Shown: piece by piece, positions 49,524 through 63,329 of the stretch
How positions within the stretch are numbered: position 1 is the stretch's first letter
Layout of the letters: every line of letters begins with the position of its first letter
Assembly (NCBI GenBank): GCA_965113315.1
Contig: OZ220364.1
DNA: 64,000 nucleotides
Origin: Podarcis vaucheri
Lineage: Eukaryota
Reading direction: 5' to 3' (one strand)
Position numbers and translations under genes: made by a program
The notes under the pieces: generated by a model
Seen by the model: only the letters and a program-made list of their open reading frames with translations
Databases searched by the model: none
Told to the model about the DNA's origin: nothing

Positions 49524-52500
49524 CTAAATGGAAGGAGATATCAACCTTGGAGAACAGATCACATATCTTTTTATTAAGAAAAGCTTCTGGGATCAGAGAC
49601 ACTATTTCTTTTTATTTTTCTATTTTCATATTTTTCCATGATGAACAATTACATTGCTAGTAATATGCCCATCATTGTGATTCATGAGACATGTCTGGAG
49701 GCAGGGCTTTTTATTTCAATGATCCCTGTGCTGCTGCTCTAATCCCATTCAGGGGGCAGAGGAAAGCTACTTCTAAGTTAAAATCAAAACCATCAGGAGA
49801 TCAGAACAAGAATCTCTTACATAACATATAGTTTGACAGTAACTTGTCCAATTAATGTGAAAGTTACTTGAGAACTATATTTCTTGACTGGGGCCATGCA
49901 TTATTGGTTATTTCTTTTTGTGTAGCTATGGCACATTTCTGCAGGAAAAAGAAAAGAAAAGAAAAGAAAAGAAAAGAAAAGGGAAATTGAAGGCTCCAGA
50001 GGCAGGTGGAATAAAATAACTTCCTGGGACACTTTTTCTCCCAATCATGGTAAATAACATCCCTGACATTTTTCAATGTTCATTTTTCAGTTAGTGCTGC
50101 ATAGCATGGTTGTGTACAGAATTGCACAGAAAGACGAGCCATTTCATATAAAGTTTCAAAGGGTGGCACAAGGTAGGCCAGAAAAAGTTTGCTTACCAGC
50201 TTGTTTAGATTCCTTCTGTTACAAAGGCCTTCCAATAACAGAGCAGAGACTATTCACTTTTTAGGTTCATATGCAGAGCGGGGGGGGGGGGGGATGGACA
50301 ATTGCAGCACTGTTTGTTCTTGTTGGTTTGCAGGATTGTATGTGTGTGTGTCCATCAACCATGTCAATGCAAAATCCTGTTTATTTTGAAACAGGCTGCT
50401 GATTCCCCAGACTGAGAAAGGTCATGTTTTCCTGTGGGAAACAAAAGGGAAATCTCCAAGTTAATTCAAATTAAAAAGAATGATATATGTATACCAAGAA
50501 GGGGGGTTTTAAGAAAAAATGATGCAATGTATATATATATATATAATAAAATTGTAAGGATGTTGTCAGAACTAAAGCATGAAGGCAGAAGAACAGGAAG
50601 GGGCCCCGGGTAAGCAGTGTAGGTGTTGGGTAGCCCAGGTAAGCTGCAGAATGAATCCTTTATTTGTGCACACACCTTCTCTGGCAGAAAAAGACAGGTA
50701 ATTTTGAGGTACATATGTATATAGTTTTATTGCTACAAATTGTCTGATCATGAAATGCTAATTAATTAACTGGCAAGGATCATAACATGGATAGTCAAGC
50801 TGTAGTGTGGGTGTCATTTTGTAATGGGTCGATAATGATGAGTTATAGGCACAGACTGAAAGAAAACATCCTCTTCTGTGGGAGCACACCTTTCTATTAA
50901 GAAGCTAGGTAGGTAGCTTGGCACATCTTTTGGAGCATGTTTGTTTGGCCTGGAAAAAATGCAGGTTTATATAGCTGATTACTTCATAAACACCGGTTGG
51001 CTTGTTCCCTTGGGATGTAACAACAGAAAAAGAATACTTAATTCTTCGAACAAGCAATTTAATATGCCAGTTTCAGATAAAAATTCTATATACAATACAT
51101 TTTCGGCTTTTGAGGGTTTTATTTTGCAGCCACTACTATATTTCCACAGCCCTCTGTTTCCTTTGCTTTTCATGCCAACATGTCTAAATTTCATCAGGAT
51201 TTAGTATTTTAAAACCGTGCCTTCTAATCATGTCTCATCTTCCTTGTATTGTAATAGATGGTGCATGCTGATCGCCATGCCTTCCGCAAATTAAGATTTC
51301 CAGCTTTGGAGCCCTCCAGATTTTGTTTGTGGCATTTTGATTGGCTCATCAGTATTCCTAAGCCTTTTACACTGTCTTTGTTTCTCACTCTTTGTGGCCA
51401 AGTTTTCAGTTGCGAGGGACAAAAACAGCAATGGGAAATGGCTCTGCTAATCACAATACTGTTACTTCTTTTTCTTGATTTAGCTCATTGCGAAGTCTAT
51501 CACAATAGCAGCGTTGCTGAATTCAAAACTAATGGTGGGCTCTCAGCCTCACCTGAAGAGATCCTCATCTCACAGTAATTGACATTCTCAGCACCTGCGT
51601 TCAGCATGGTGGCACTACTGGTGTGGTATTCTGGCATATTTATTTATTTTAAACATTTATATCCCACCTGTCCTCACACAGAGTTCCAGGTGGCTAACAA
51701 AGGCAAGTTAAATCAAATAGGAGTGAAACAAAAAAAAAGGACAAAAACAACAGAGGGGGAAATGTAAACACAAAATAAAAAGTAAAATCAAATATGGTTA
51801 TTAAAACAATTTAATCAAGCAGTTTCAGCAAGGTAAAACAATTCAGTGCAGAAACTGAAAAACCATTTTTTTTCTATGAAGGGAAGCTTTTGACAACCCA
51901 AGAGAAGACCATGATAGAAGGAGGGAAGGGAGTTCCAAAGCCTGGGATGTTAAACTGAAAAGCCCCCCCCCCTCCTAATCCCAAGTATGCATACTTCAGG
52001 TGTAGACAACAGAATATCCAATGAAAATCTCAATAGACAAGTGGCAGGATCATATTGGAGTTGGGCTTTTGAATTAACCACGCACAGTCCCCTTAATGAT
52101 AGTCCAGCCTCCAGGCTCCTCGGTCTCTCTCTGCCTTTGGACTAGGACAAACCTTGTTGTAGGCTTGTGTTTTTAAGGTCCTGCCAGGGAGCAACATATA
52201 TAAGCCTGTTATGTTGTCAGCTTTGTGCAGAGCTGAAGTTCAACAGACCACACAATGTTGCGCTATAGATACAAATGTTTGTCATTGCCCTTCTGATGAT
52301 GTCTGTCAGCCTTTTGCAGAATTTTGGAGGAGCATATGACTAACAGTAAGATCAGAGCCACTTATTGTTCTGGGTTAGTGTTAAAATATTATTAGTGCAT
52401 CACCTAGAAAATGTACTATATGTGGGGCATCTAATAAATATTAAAGAAATTAGTGTGTAAGAGAACAAAGCAGTGAAGAATAGCATCTACTAAATATTTT

Positions 52501-52624
52501 TGAAAGTGATTTGTCTGTTTGTCCATCTGTTCTCAATAGGTTCAGCTGCCTCTCAAGATATCATTCCAAACTCAGGGTTCCTGTGGTGGTGGTTTTCATT
52601 CATACTGGGCAATAGGCCACCATT

Positions 52625-53440
52625 TTGGCTCAGAGGGACTTGATAAGAGCCAACAAACTGAAGCTCAATCCAGATAAGTCTAAGGCACTGTTAGTGGTTG
52701 GTTCCCTAGACTGGATAGATGGGGAGGTGGCCTGTTCTCGGTGAGGTTACACTCCCTCTGAAGGAACGGGTATGTAGTTTGGGTGTGCTCCTAGATCCTT
52801 TACTGTTGCTTGAGGCTCAGGTGGCCTCGGTGTTGCGGAGTGCCTTACATCAGCTTTGGCTGTGCCCTTAACTGAACAGGGATAGACAGTCTGAGCATGT
52901 TATACTGATCCTGTCCTGACTGCACTGGCTGCCAATTACCATATTTTTCCGTGTATAAGGCTAGGGTGTTTTTTTTTAACCAAAAAATTAGGTTTGAAAT
53001 TGGGGCTCGTCTTATACACAGGTAGTGCTGGGGGGATGTTTTCTTAATTTGGAGTCCCCCAAAATAGAGGGCGTCTTATACACGGGGGAGTCTTATACAC
53101 CGCAAAATATGGTAGTTTCCAGGTTTTGACCTATAAGCCTTTAAATAGCTCAGGTACTGCCTCTCCCCACATGAGAACAAGTCCTTTCTGTGGTGGCTCT
53201 CCATTTGTGGATTGCTCTCCTCAGGGAGGCTTACCTGGCACATATATTTAGGCACCAAGTAAAAAAGGATCTCTATAACCTGGCTTTTGGATAATTAATC
53301 TGTGGCCTTTAAAATTTGTTTGTGGGAGGGGTACTATTGGTTTGTTTTTGTTTTTATGTATTCTGTGTTATCTTTTTGTATTTTTGTATTGTGAACTGCC
53401 TTGTGATCTTTGAATGAATGGCAGTATATAACTTTAATAA
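52625..53440 (+). mobile_element. Old L2 fragment, split by a mariner MITE
   Basis: ANKLKLNPDK motif (GCCAACAAACTGAAGCTCAATCCAGATAAG) and LHWLP (CTGCACTGGCTGCC). Confidence 0.75.
52939..53112. mobile_element. Tc1/mariner (pogo-like) MITE
   Basis: TIR CCATATTTTTCCGTGTATAAG / CTTATACACCGCAAAATATGG, TA TSD. Confidence 0.85.
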
Positions 53441-55589
53441 GTAAAATTAATCTTTTTGGGTGCGACTTGGGTGTTTTCTTGGCATTATGGACCCAAACTG
53501 CACCAATTTGGATGCTTCTGAAGATATCGGTTTGACATGAAATGATGCAACTCTGCCAATTTGGACGCCTCTCAAGAGGGTTCCTGTTGTGGAAGCAGCA
53601 ATATTTGTCTATGTTTGGATGCTGGCTGCCATTTCAAAGCAAGATGGCAGACCGAAATGTGACTTTGGTGTAACTTCACCCAATTTGCATGACAGTAACA
53701 AACAAGGTTTCCCAAGGTGGAGGAGGCATTTTTTGACTACATTCTGGAAGCTGTTAGGTGCACTGAGCTTGGCATTAGTATGTGTGCGCGCACACGCATG
53801 TGCACACAGCCAACACATACCCCATTTCACATTTTGAATGTTGGAAATCCACATTTTGAATGCTGTAAATGCAGTAGCTGGAGCGTGGAGTTTAAAAATC
53901 ACAACATTTTGGGGTTCTTCTAATTCCCAGGCAGCGCCAGGTACTTCCTATTAGTAAGAATATAAAAGGAACCCTGCTGGATCAGACCAAGGATCCAGTT
54001 CCAAAACCCTGTTGCTCACAATAACCAACAAGAATCCTCTCCGAAGCCCACAGGCAGAATGTGAAGCTGATTGCTTTCTCCTATCTTACTTCCCAGTAGC
54101 TGAAACTGGAAGGTGCCTGAAACCAGTGATACTAGTAACCACTGATTGACTGCAGTGCTAATTCAGCAAGAAATATGGATATGTGCAGAACCCCACTTTT
54201 AAACCTGTCTGTCAAAGTAAATGGATTCAAACTGTCTGGCACCCTAAACCTGAACACAAACAGAAAATATTTTTGTAGGATTTTGAAGTGCGTGATTTGC
54301 CCCTCCTTCTGCAAGCAGCCTCATGAACATGCAGTGACACCAATCTACAGTTTATATGTTCCAGACTGCTCCTTGTTGGATCATAGCAGGTTGGTCTACA
54401 ATTGTTGCTAATCATTATAATTTTGAATTTTTCAAAAAAAAATCATCTTTAGTATTTCATTACTAAATAACCTGCCATGGTAGAAATGATAAAAAACAAC
54501 AACAACCAGTATATCAGAAAAGTCCTTTGGAAATAGGCACTGATTTATTCTTTTTTTTTTTTTAAGTAAGCATCACATCTTCAAGAGGAGCAATCATAAT
54601 TTATCCTATCCTACCTACCCAAGGTACAATGAAATACAGTGAGATACTGGGGAAGATGCTCACAAATGTTAAGTGATGGATGAAAATAATGGGAACAATT
54701 TAACAAGACTGACTCAGATAGAAACTGGAAAGGGATGCAATTCAAGTCACAAAAGGACTTGAAAAAATAGGCTGGATTTCTTTTAAAAACTAAGGGTGGC
54801 ATTCACCTAACAAACCCCATCAGCAGAATGCCTTCAGGGAACAGATATCAGCCAATTGATTAGAAACGACAGAAATAACTAAACTCAGTGGTGTGTACAG
54901 TATGAACAATGGAAAAGATATTATAAGCTCAATGTCTGACATACATTAGATTAAAGTGCCTTCAATTATAAATTAGATTAGTATTATAGCTGTTTGAACT
55001 TCTCACTTAAAACACCAAGGGGGGGGATACTACTTTTACTTTTATTTATTGTTAGCATTGCTGAAATGTTGGTTAAAGAATGTTTGTTTCACAAATACAA
55101 TGAACCAGGTAATATCCAAATCATAAACCTTTCTTAAGAAAAGAAACAACAACTTTGTTTTTAAGTAGTTCAAATATTAGATTTTCTCAACCAGACAATC
55201 ATAATTCATAACAAACAAGCAAAGCAAGTGATGTAAATGTACTATTCAAATACTTAAATTTACTTAATAGCTAATGCAAGACGAGTTTTCTTAAGTGTTG
55301 CTTAGCAATGGATTAAGATGCTTCATTCAGCATATCAAGGCAGGTTTGGGATAATAAAATTGCCTCCAAAAGAAAATAGTTTTTAAGGAGTTGTTCTTTA
55401 GTACTTGGATATAAGTTTTATTTATTATCCATTGCACCATAGCTTGTAAGTACTCCTGGATCCAACGCTGTCTTGGGAGACTCAAGTAGCCTTGGAGTAA
55501 AGTGTTAACTTCCAGCAACAGCTCCTTTTGCACAGAGATGACTTGACCCCTGTAGTCCATGCACTGGTAACCTTCAGACTGAAGTTGCA

Positions 55590-55900
55590 ATGTGCTCACT
55601 TTGAGCCTGTCCTTGAAAATGATTTAGAAATCAAAATGCAGCAGGTAGATTCCATTTGGAACTGATATAGCTACACTGGTTGCCATTTTGTTTCTGGGCC
55701 CAATCTAATGTACTCACGTTTGTGTTTAAAACACTAAACAACAAATATCTGAAAGACCATATCCATCCATATCGATCTTCACAGCTATTAAGAGTCACAG
55801 AGGATGTTCTCCTGGTAACTCCACCACCCTCAGTGTGGGGAGTGGCAGTAAGGGAGAGGGCATCTAGATGATGCATCTAGCATCTTCATGGTACAGCTTC
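55590..55900 (+). mobile_element. Old L2 fragment
   Basis: CAAAATGCAGCAG and CTACACTGGTTGCC...TTTAAAACACTA...TATCTGAAAGAC motifs. Confidence 0.6.
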
Positions 55901-57194
55901 TGCCATATGCTAGAGACACACCTCTTTACTTTGGGCTTTGACATTTCGAGTATTTTGTTCTGTGGGGCTCCCACCCCTTTAACATTGTTCTGTTCCATTT
56001 GCAATGGTTTTATGTGATTTATAAATTGTATTTGTAATTGTATTTTCTATGCTGTAACTTATAGTGAAAGGTGGGCAAGAAATCTTTAAGCCCTTTTCAA
56101 GCTTCTGGGGTATTTTACATTCAAGAAGCATATAAATTTTATGAAATAAACAAATAAAATCGTAGTGTGTTTTAAAACATTTTAACAATTGTTCTATGTA
56201 AGCTTGTAAGCTGCCTTATGAGGATTATGCAGGTTCTAAAAATATGTAAATATATTAAATATAGGCTTAATGTAACATATAGTTTGACCCTGGAGAATAG
56301 AAGAGGCTTCCACTGACCTCCTACTTCAGAGATTGGGACCCTGGGCCCATCTGAAGTTTGGTGGTCTGAGATGATGGTAGTCATAGTTCAACAACCTCTG
56401 GAGGGTCTCGGCTTCCCCATCCCTGTCCTATGGTGACAGCTCCCTCACATGCATGGCTATGCCCACATGGGGATCGTTTTACATGACTGTAATTTGAATT
56501 GAACTAAAAGCAACCGACCAAAGTGATTAATAGATTGTCTGGCACACACAAGCATGCACAGACACCACCAACCAAATAAAACTTAGAATCTGCAAGCGTA
56601 AATCTATTCAGCAAATTCAAGTCTCTTAAATATTCATTAGAATGGATGCCAAGCTCAACCCGTGAAGGTGATAAGTGCTTTGGGAAACTGTCCAGTGAGG
56701 AGTGGGGATGGGTTGCGATGAGTTCTGTTATGTATAGGAATCCCTCAGAAATCAATTAAATCGTCCTAAAAAGGGCACTCAAATGAACCAGAGAGGCAAA
56801 CCAACAAAGTAAAGTTACAGAGCAAGAGGCTGGTGTGTGGCGAAAGCTAAAGAAAAGGATGATCATATATGGAAGACATTAACTTCTCCTTCCTCTGCCG
56901 CTGCTTCAGTAACATGTACTAGATAAATAGGGCAGATCTCTTCAGCATCAGTATTTTTAAATGGTACTGGGGAGACAAACATACTCTGAGAAGAAGAGGA
57001 ATGAATGGTAGCAGCCCTTCCATATCCTCCACCTGTTTTCTATACCCCTTGCACTGTACAGAAGCTTATTTAGTATGCTGGAATAGTGCCATCCATCCTA
57101 GAACAGCAAAAGGGTTCATGCCACACTGCTCTGGCAAAAGGAGAACGTACTTCTTTGTATTGTCACTGAGGCTGTGTCACACAAGATGCTCTGC

Positions 57195-57295
57195 TTGAAA
57201 CCTTGGCCAGCCACTTCCAGTCAATGTAGACAATATTGAGCTAGACGTGCCAATAGTCTGACTCAGTAAAAGACAACCTCTTGTGTGCCTATGTT
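57195..57295 (+). mobile_element. Squam2-like SINE 3' fragment
   Basis: CCAGTCAATGTAGACAATATTGAGCTAGA...GTCTGACTCAGTA. Confidence 0.65.
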
Positions 57296-59794
57296 TCAGT
57301 GTCTATTGAAATCATCTGAACAAATTAATCAGGGCTAACCTAAGAGCCCATTGATTTTAACGGATCAGGGCCACTATCTTTAAGCCACTGATTTTGCTTG
57401 GTTTCTATGTGGGCTGGTTGGAAAAAAAGTTAAGTACTGCTCTTGATGTCAACAGGAGGCTTAGGATTAAACTATATGGTATGTTGGACCTCTGTGTTTA
57501 GAGTTCGCATCATATATTCCTTTTTCTTAAAACAGGCACTAGAGGGTCAGTTCAGATTAGGCTCACCAGCTGAAGCTGATTGAAGGCACTCAGTGCCACT
57601 GTGGCCCCAAGAGCCCCAAGCAGCCTTTCCCCTACACCAAGGCCCTAATCCAGATGAGTAGGGGAATTTGTGGGTGATTTTACAGAAATGAGATTACTTT
57701 GGGAGCTCTAAAGTCAGAACAATGTTACATGTAGTAGTCCATTGAATGCATGCTCTAATGCTAATCAATGGGAATTAATGGTATTTAAGGTTTGGATTTG
57801 GAATTATGCCATTTGATCAGTTTTGTCTCATTAATTGCCAAATGGTGATCTGACACTGACCATGCCATGGCAAAAGCTTCATTTGGAAATGCCATACAGT
57901 AAGAGTCTATATAGACTCCGCTGAAGATAGTTAATTTTAATTCAATCATTTAATTCATCTTAATATGCATTATTATGCACAATTCATTTTATCTTGGTTT
58001 ATGCTATTTCTGATTAATGATGATCAACTTAAATGACAACACAGTTTTTCAGTTCTGCTCAAATTACAACTGTTGCTGGATTGGGATGGCATTGCCAGGA
58101 GATCACTGTAGGGCATCCATCGCTATGAGCAAACTATTTCCACATGCCATACATTTCTAAAAGTGATGTCTCTTGTTGGTACTGATGAGATTCATTAGTA
58201 AGCTCATAGGGATCAACGGTGTACTCCCTTAACATCTAGTCTGACTCATATCAATAAGACTTTCACAGATGTTCTTTATTGGTTGTGCCCTGTTGTATCA
58301 ACAAAAGAGCATTTTGCTTTGAAAAAGTTGCACAGAAATTTGGCAACAATTTACATTTATTTATAACAACCTTTGCATGGTTTCCAACTTTTCCTCCCCC
58401 TTGCCCCCCACCCCCGCCGCATGCACCCAGCCAACACCTGTGTTGACTTCAAGCTTGGCAGCTGCAGTAAAGTCTTAAATTGGATTTTTTTTTCTCAGGT
58501 TATTATAACTAATTAAGGCTAATGAACTGTTTGCAGAATCTGCTAATTTGGTGGAGTCCAATTTTGCTGCTCCTATTAAAGTCAATGGGATTTCTCCCAC
58601 TGGGCCATTGGGAGTATGCAATTTCAATACGATAGTATCTCTTACTGCTGAGTACAGGGGAAATCTGCAAAGTCTAATATATGGTCAGTGGTTCTCTGTT
58701 CTGTTAGCACGTTATTTTTCATGCCAAGTACCATTTTTCTTTAGTTCTCCTTTAATTATGTGGATATGGCAGACTCTTGACAAGATCCATGTCCTTCGAC
58801 TGTAAAATATCCTTGCACAGCCATATGGGACTGAAAGCATGCCTGTCTTAACATTGTGGAAGCTATGAATTAAGTCCTTTTCACTGCCTGCTGCTTTGTT
58901 TAAAATGTGCTTCCAACTTCAGAGCAACAGACAGATAGGGGAAGAATTGCAGCTCAGTGAAATGTGGAAGACCATCTAAGAAACATTTCATTGCCTCATA
59001 ATCATTTCCAGTAGGGGATAAATGAGCTTTTCTGTATTGCTCTGCATCACAGCTAACAATGCTGAAGTTGCAATCTTGGAAATCTCAAGGGTGTGGGGTG
59101 GAACCATAGTATGTGACTTCGTGCAAATGTCACAAATGGAATATCTATGCCATGTAGTCCTGAGGTCCAGTGATGTGTGCATGTAAATGATATGTGCATG
59201 TAGGTTAAAGTACTGGGGGGCGGGGGGACTAGAGATACCGTAATTTTTTGTGTTATTTCAGAAGTGTTTTCATTGCTAAAGAAACAACTCACTTTTAAAA
59301 CCAAATACTAGTGTGTGTGTGTGTGTGTGTTTAAAAGTGGAAACTACTGCAATGAAAACAATTACAGTAATGGAACTGTAGCAGAATATGTGGATCTCTC
59401 TGCTCTACTTGCACAATCACTTTTTTGCACCCTGGTATGGTACTTATTTTTGGTTTTTGTGTTGGTGCTAGATTTGGGGGGGGGGACCCCGAACATAATT
59501 TGGCCCAAATGCCATATTTATTTGTTTGTGAATCTTAGCCTGGGACAAACAACCCTCTCCTGGCACCAACGAGCAGGAAAAAGCGTGCCTTGCTGTGGTG
59601 CATTTCCATGTCCAGAAGGGGGTGTGAAACAGCTTCATGAATTGTGTACATTTCCTACCCATAAATTACATTCCCCATAACAGGAATGCTCCTTGAAGAC
59701 CTGAAGACATTACAAAAGTCACTACCCATTCCCCCACCCCAAAAAGTGTTATCCTTACTGTCTTTCCTTTTCAACAACTGTATTTCATGGAATT

Positions 59795-59844
59795 ACAGTC
59801 ATGTCCGACTCCCGAAGAGTCAGATAAGACTAAACAACAACAAC
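59795..59844 (+). mobile_element. Ultra-short BovB 3' insertion with fold-back, 13-bp TSD
   Basis: CGAAGAGTCAGATAAGACTAAACAACAACAAC is the BovB tail (compare 17573-17605). TSD ATTTCATGGAATT at 59782-59794 and 59845-59857. Confidence 0.8.
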
Positions 59845-61911
59845 ATTTCATGGAATTGCATTTCATGGAATATTAGTTTCAGCAGCCTGTCACTCTATTA
59901 TGATATAAGTAAGAATCATGATAGTCCAACAGGAATTAGGTAGGATTAGGGCTGTATTAAGCAGACATTTTATCCCTTTAGGAGGGCATATAAAAGGCCA
60001 TGGTGATTATCAGCCAGTTGAAGGTGCAGGTGGAAAGATTTTCCAAGGAGGCATTGCTTCCTGGCCCTTCAGTCTGGCAAGTGGCCAAGGCAAAAGAATG
60101 AAATGAGGAAGTTCAACCTTCTCCCCATTTAGACCCAGACTTTGGGAACATGCCCTCCTACCAAATCTTTTACTAACTGAACACCCATCCTTGAACATTG
60201 CTTTTCATATGTGCCTTTCATACAAATCTCTGAGTGGTGCAAGGTTCCAAAGGTTCTAGGCACTTACCTAGGATTTGTGTTTCCTTTTGGATTGAGGCCC
60301 AGAGGCATCTTTGTGATATATGGTTTTTTTTAACATCTATATATACAACCCGAGCCTACGATGGAGGGGTTCACAGCAAGGTCTTGTTTCTTGGATTCAA
60401 ACAGAAATCAAATGTTGCTCTGAGTCTTTCTTGGAGCTTTACTTCTAGGTCACATCACCCCCACACCCAACTCCAAACTCTGGCTTTGTCTGTTGAGGGA
60501 GCAGCCATTTGCCATCTCCCACCAGAGTCCCTTTATCCGCCATCACCTCACCAGAAAGCTGTGAGTACAGGGTACAATGAGTACCCTGTTCAGTGCCCCC
60601 CTCCCGTCACAACACTCTTCCTGCAACTCTCTTTTGTGCTTCCAGCCCCTCCAGCATTGTTGTAGCTACTTTCAGTAACTACAAAGAAAATGGCACATGC
60701 TAATCTAAAAATTGAATCTACAATATACAAGAAGGGAATATACATTGCTGTGCACCCCCTGAATTATAATTATGTTTCAGTTAGAGCTTTAGTTGGTGGT
60801 AAATATATTATTAAATCTACAGGCAAGGGTTTATATTTTTTTACTGCTACTGTAAGTAATAAACAGCTGTGATATACTGCAGCTGTTGAAGGATGTGAAA
60901 CACTGTCAAAGATTAAACCTAGAATTGCACACTTAGTAGGATCAAAACGGATTAGAAGCATTTGAAATATGGAATTATGGCATAATTAGGCAAATGGGAA
61001 CACATCTTTCTTGTGCAAACATAATCCATGTTACAATGTTCAGAATATACAAGCGAAGCACAAAACTGTTTGGTAAACTTGACAAGTATAGTAGAACAGT
61101 AGGGTTTCCAGTACCTTGAAGGTTATGTTTATATGTCACCCCCAGAATTTGCACCCTTTAAAAGTCCCAAGCCGATTATTTTGTTAATTGCCCACATCTG
61201 GCTCAGATCTATTTTCCACCTCCACAATTCAAATGTGATGTATTGCATTAGGCTTATGTGGATCAATGCCACCGTCCTGCTCATCCCTTCTTTTCTTGAA
61301 GTAAATATCACATTACACACCTTGTTTAAACTTCAGAGCTTCTGGGACTGGGTGAGGCCTGGGGGCACTCATGCTGGAGGGCATAACAGCAGGTGTGTAA
61401 GCAACTCCCATAGGTGCAGCTGTCATTGCCATGCTTTGCCACAACCCTACCTTGCCTTTGTTGGATCAACAGAATATGTTTGCATGGGTGTGACTGTACA
61501 GCACAGGAGAACAGAAGTAGATTAGGATCTACTTGGCATTTTCAAGTTTCAATTGGGACTATACAGCTTGGGACAAGGATCACCTCTCATATGCCCAATC
61601 AACAGCTTCAATGTGTACGTGAGAGCATCCTGCAGATACCATCTTTGTAGGAGGTCTATTCCTCACAATATAGGAATTGGGTCCTTGGTGTTCTGGCACC
61701 TACCTTTTGGAATTCCCTCCTGTTAAATATTAGACAGCAGCGTCCTCTGTTGTCTTTTGACTTTCCTCTTCAGAAGAAATTGTTCCCAGTCTGCACTGGT
61801 AATGGAAGTATGTTTAAATGCATTACCATTTGCATATTTGCCACCCTGATCTTCCTTGGGAAGAAGGGTGAGATATAAATTTAACTATAAACAATGTTTT
61901 CAACAATGGAT

Positions 61912-62673
61912 CCAGGTGCACAGCCTGGGAGTCATTTTGGACTCACAGTTGCCCATGGAGGCACAGGTCAATTCTGTGTCCAGGGTAGCTGTCTACCAGC
62001 TCCATCTGGTATGCCAAATGAAACCCTACCTGCCAGCAGACTGTCTTGCCAGAGTGGTACATGCTCTGGTTATCTCCCGCTTGGACTACTGCAATGTGCT
62101 CTACATGAGGCTACCTTTGAAGGTGACCCAGAAGCTACAATTAATCCAGAATGCATCAAACATATGCAGAATGCATATAACACTGGTCTTAAAGGATCTA
62201 CATTGACTCCCAGTACATTTCTAAGCACAATTCAAAGTGTTGGTGCTGACCTTTAAAGCCCTAAAAGACCTTGGCCCAGTATACCTGAAGGAGTGTCTCC
62301 ACCCCCATCGTTCAGCCAGGAAACTGAGGTCCAGCACCGAGGGCCTTATTGCAGTTCCCTTACTGAGAGAAGCGAAGTTACAGGGAAACAGGCAGGGGGC
62401 CTTCTTGGTAGTGGTGCCCGCCCTGTCATCAGATGTCAAGGAAATAAACTACTATCTAACTTTTTGTCTGGCCCAGTCGGGGCTGAAGAGGTTGAGCCCA
62501 GTCGTTGGCACTGGCTCAAAGGCGAAGCTGACAAGAAGACATCTGAAGGCAGCCCTGTTTAGGGAAGTTTTTTAAAAATATTTGATGGTTTATCATGTTT
62601 TTAATATTCTGTTGGGAGCCGCCCAGTCAGATGGGCGGCATACAAATAATAAAATTATTATGAATTATTATTA
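61912..62673 (+). mobile_element. L2 LINE, 5'-truncated
   Basis: ORFs 61856 and 62237 (SRLDYCN, QLIQNA, FKVLVLTFKAL). Same family as 37993-38796. Confidence 0.9.
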
Positions 62674-62801
62674 CCCTCCTCCCAGCTTCATTGCTGAAAT
62701 AAAGGCTTGGGGAGTGTATTTTGTGGGTAGAAAGACTCGCTCACTTGTGATACAAAGCCCTGGTATGTGTACAGAGACACCCTATTCCTCAATTCTGAAT
62801 A

Positions 62802-63010
62802 CAGTGGTACCTCAGGTTAAGTACTTAATTCATTCGGGAGGTCCGTTCTTAACCTCAAGCACCACTTTAGCTAATGGGGCCTCCTGTTGCTGCCGCGCTG
62901 CCGGAGCACGATTTCTGTTCTCATCCTGAAGCAAAGTTCTTAACCTGAAGCACTATTTCTGGGTTAGCGGAGTCTGTAACATGAAGCGTATGTAACCTGA
63001 GGTATCACTG
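62802..63010. mobile_element. Tigger-like MITE
   Basis: TIRs and TA TSD, small internal deletion relative to the 226-bp copies. Confidence 0.92.
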
Positions 63011-63115
63011 TATGTTCAGTCACTGCTTGGTGCCTTGCTCCAGTTCATGGAGTTAATACGCCTGTCCCAAAATAGATCCCACAAGCCCTAATTCTGCTTA
63101 TACATTGCTATAGAG

Positions 63116-63251
63116 CAATGTATCCCAACCTTGGGTTGCCAGCTGTCTTTGGACTACAACTCCCATCATCCCCAGCTACCAGGACCAGTGGTCAGGGATG
63201 ATGGGAACTGTAGTCCAAAAACAGCTGGCGCCCCAAGGTTAGGGAACTCTG
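63116..63251. mobile_element. hAT MITE (fold-back)
   Basis: GGACTACAACTCCCATCATCCC/GGGATGATGGGAACTGTAGTCC inverted core, 8-bp TSD CTATAGAG (63108-63115 and 63252-63259). Confidence 0.9.
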
Positions 63252-63329
63252 CTATAGAGAAAGCACACCCACTGCTTTTTTCAGCCCTCAGTTCCTGCAC
63301 TTCTCAGGTGGGTGCTATTTTGCCATTAC

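Noticed and set aside
60234-61650. ORFs of 143 and 130 aa
   Set aside because: No domain similarity, no coding-like composition and no convincing splice framework.
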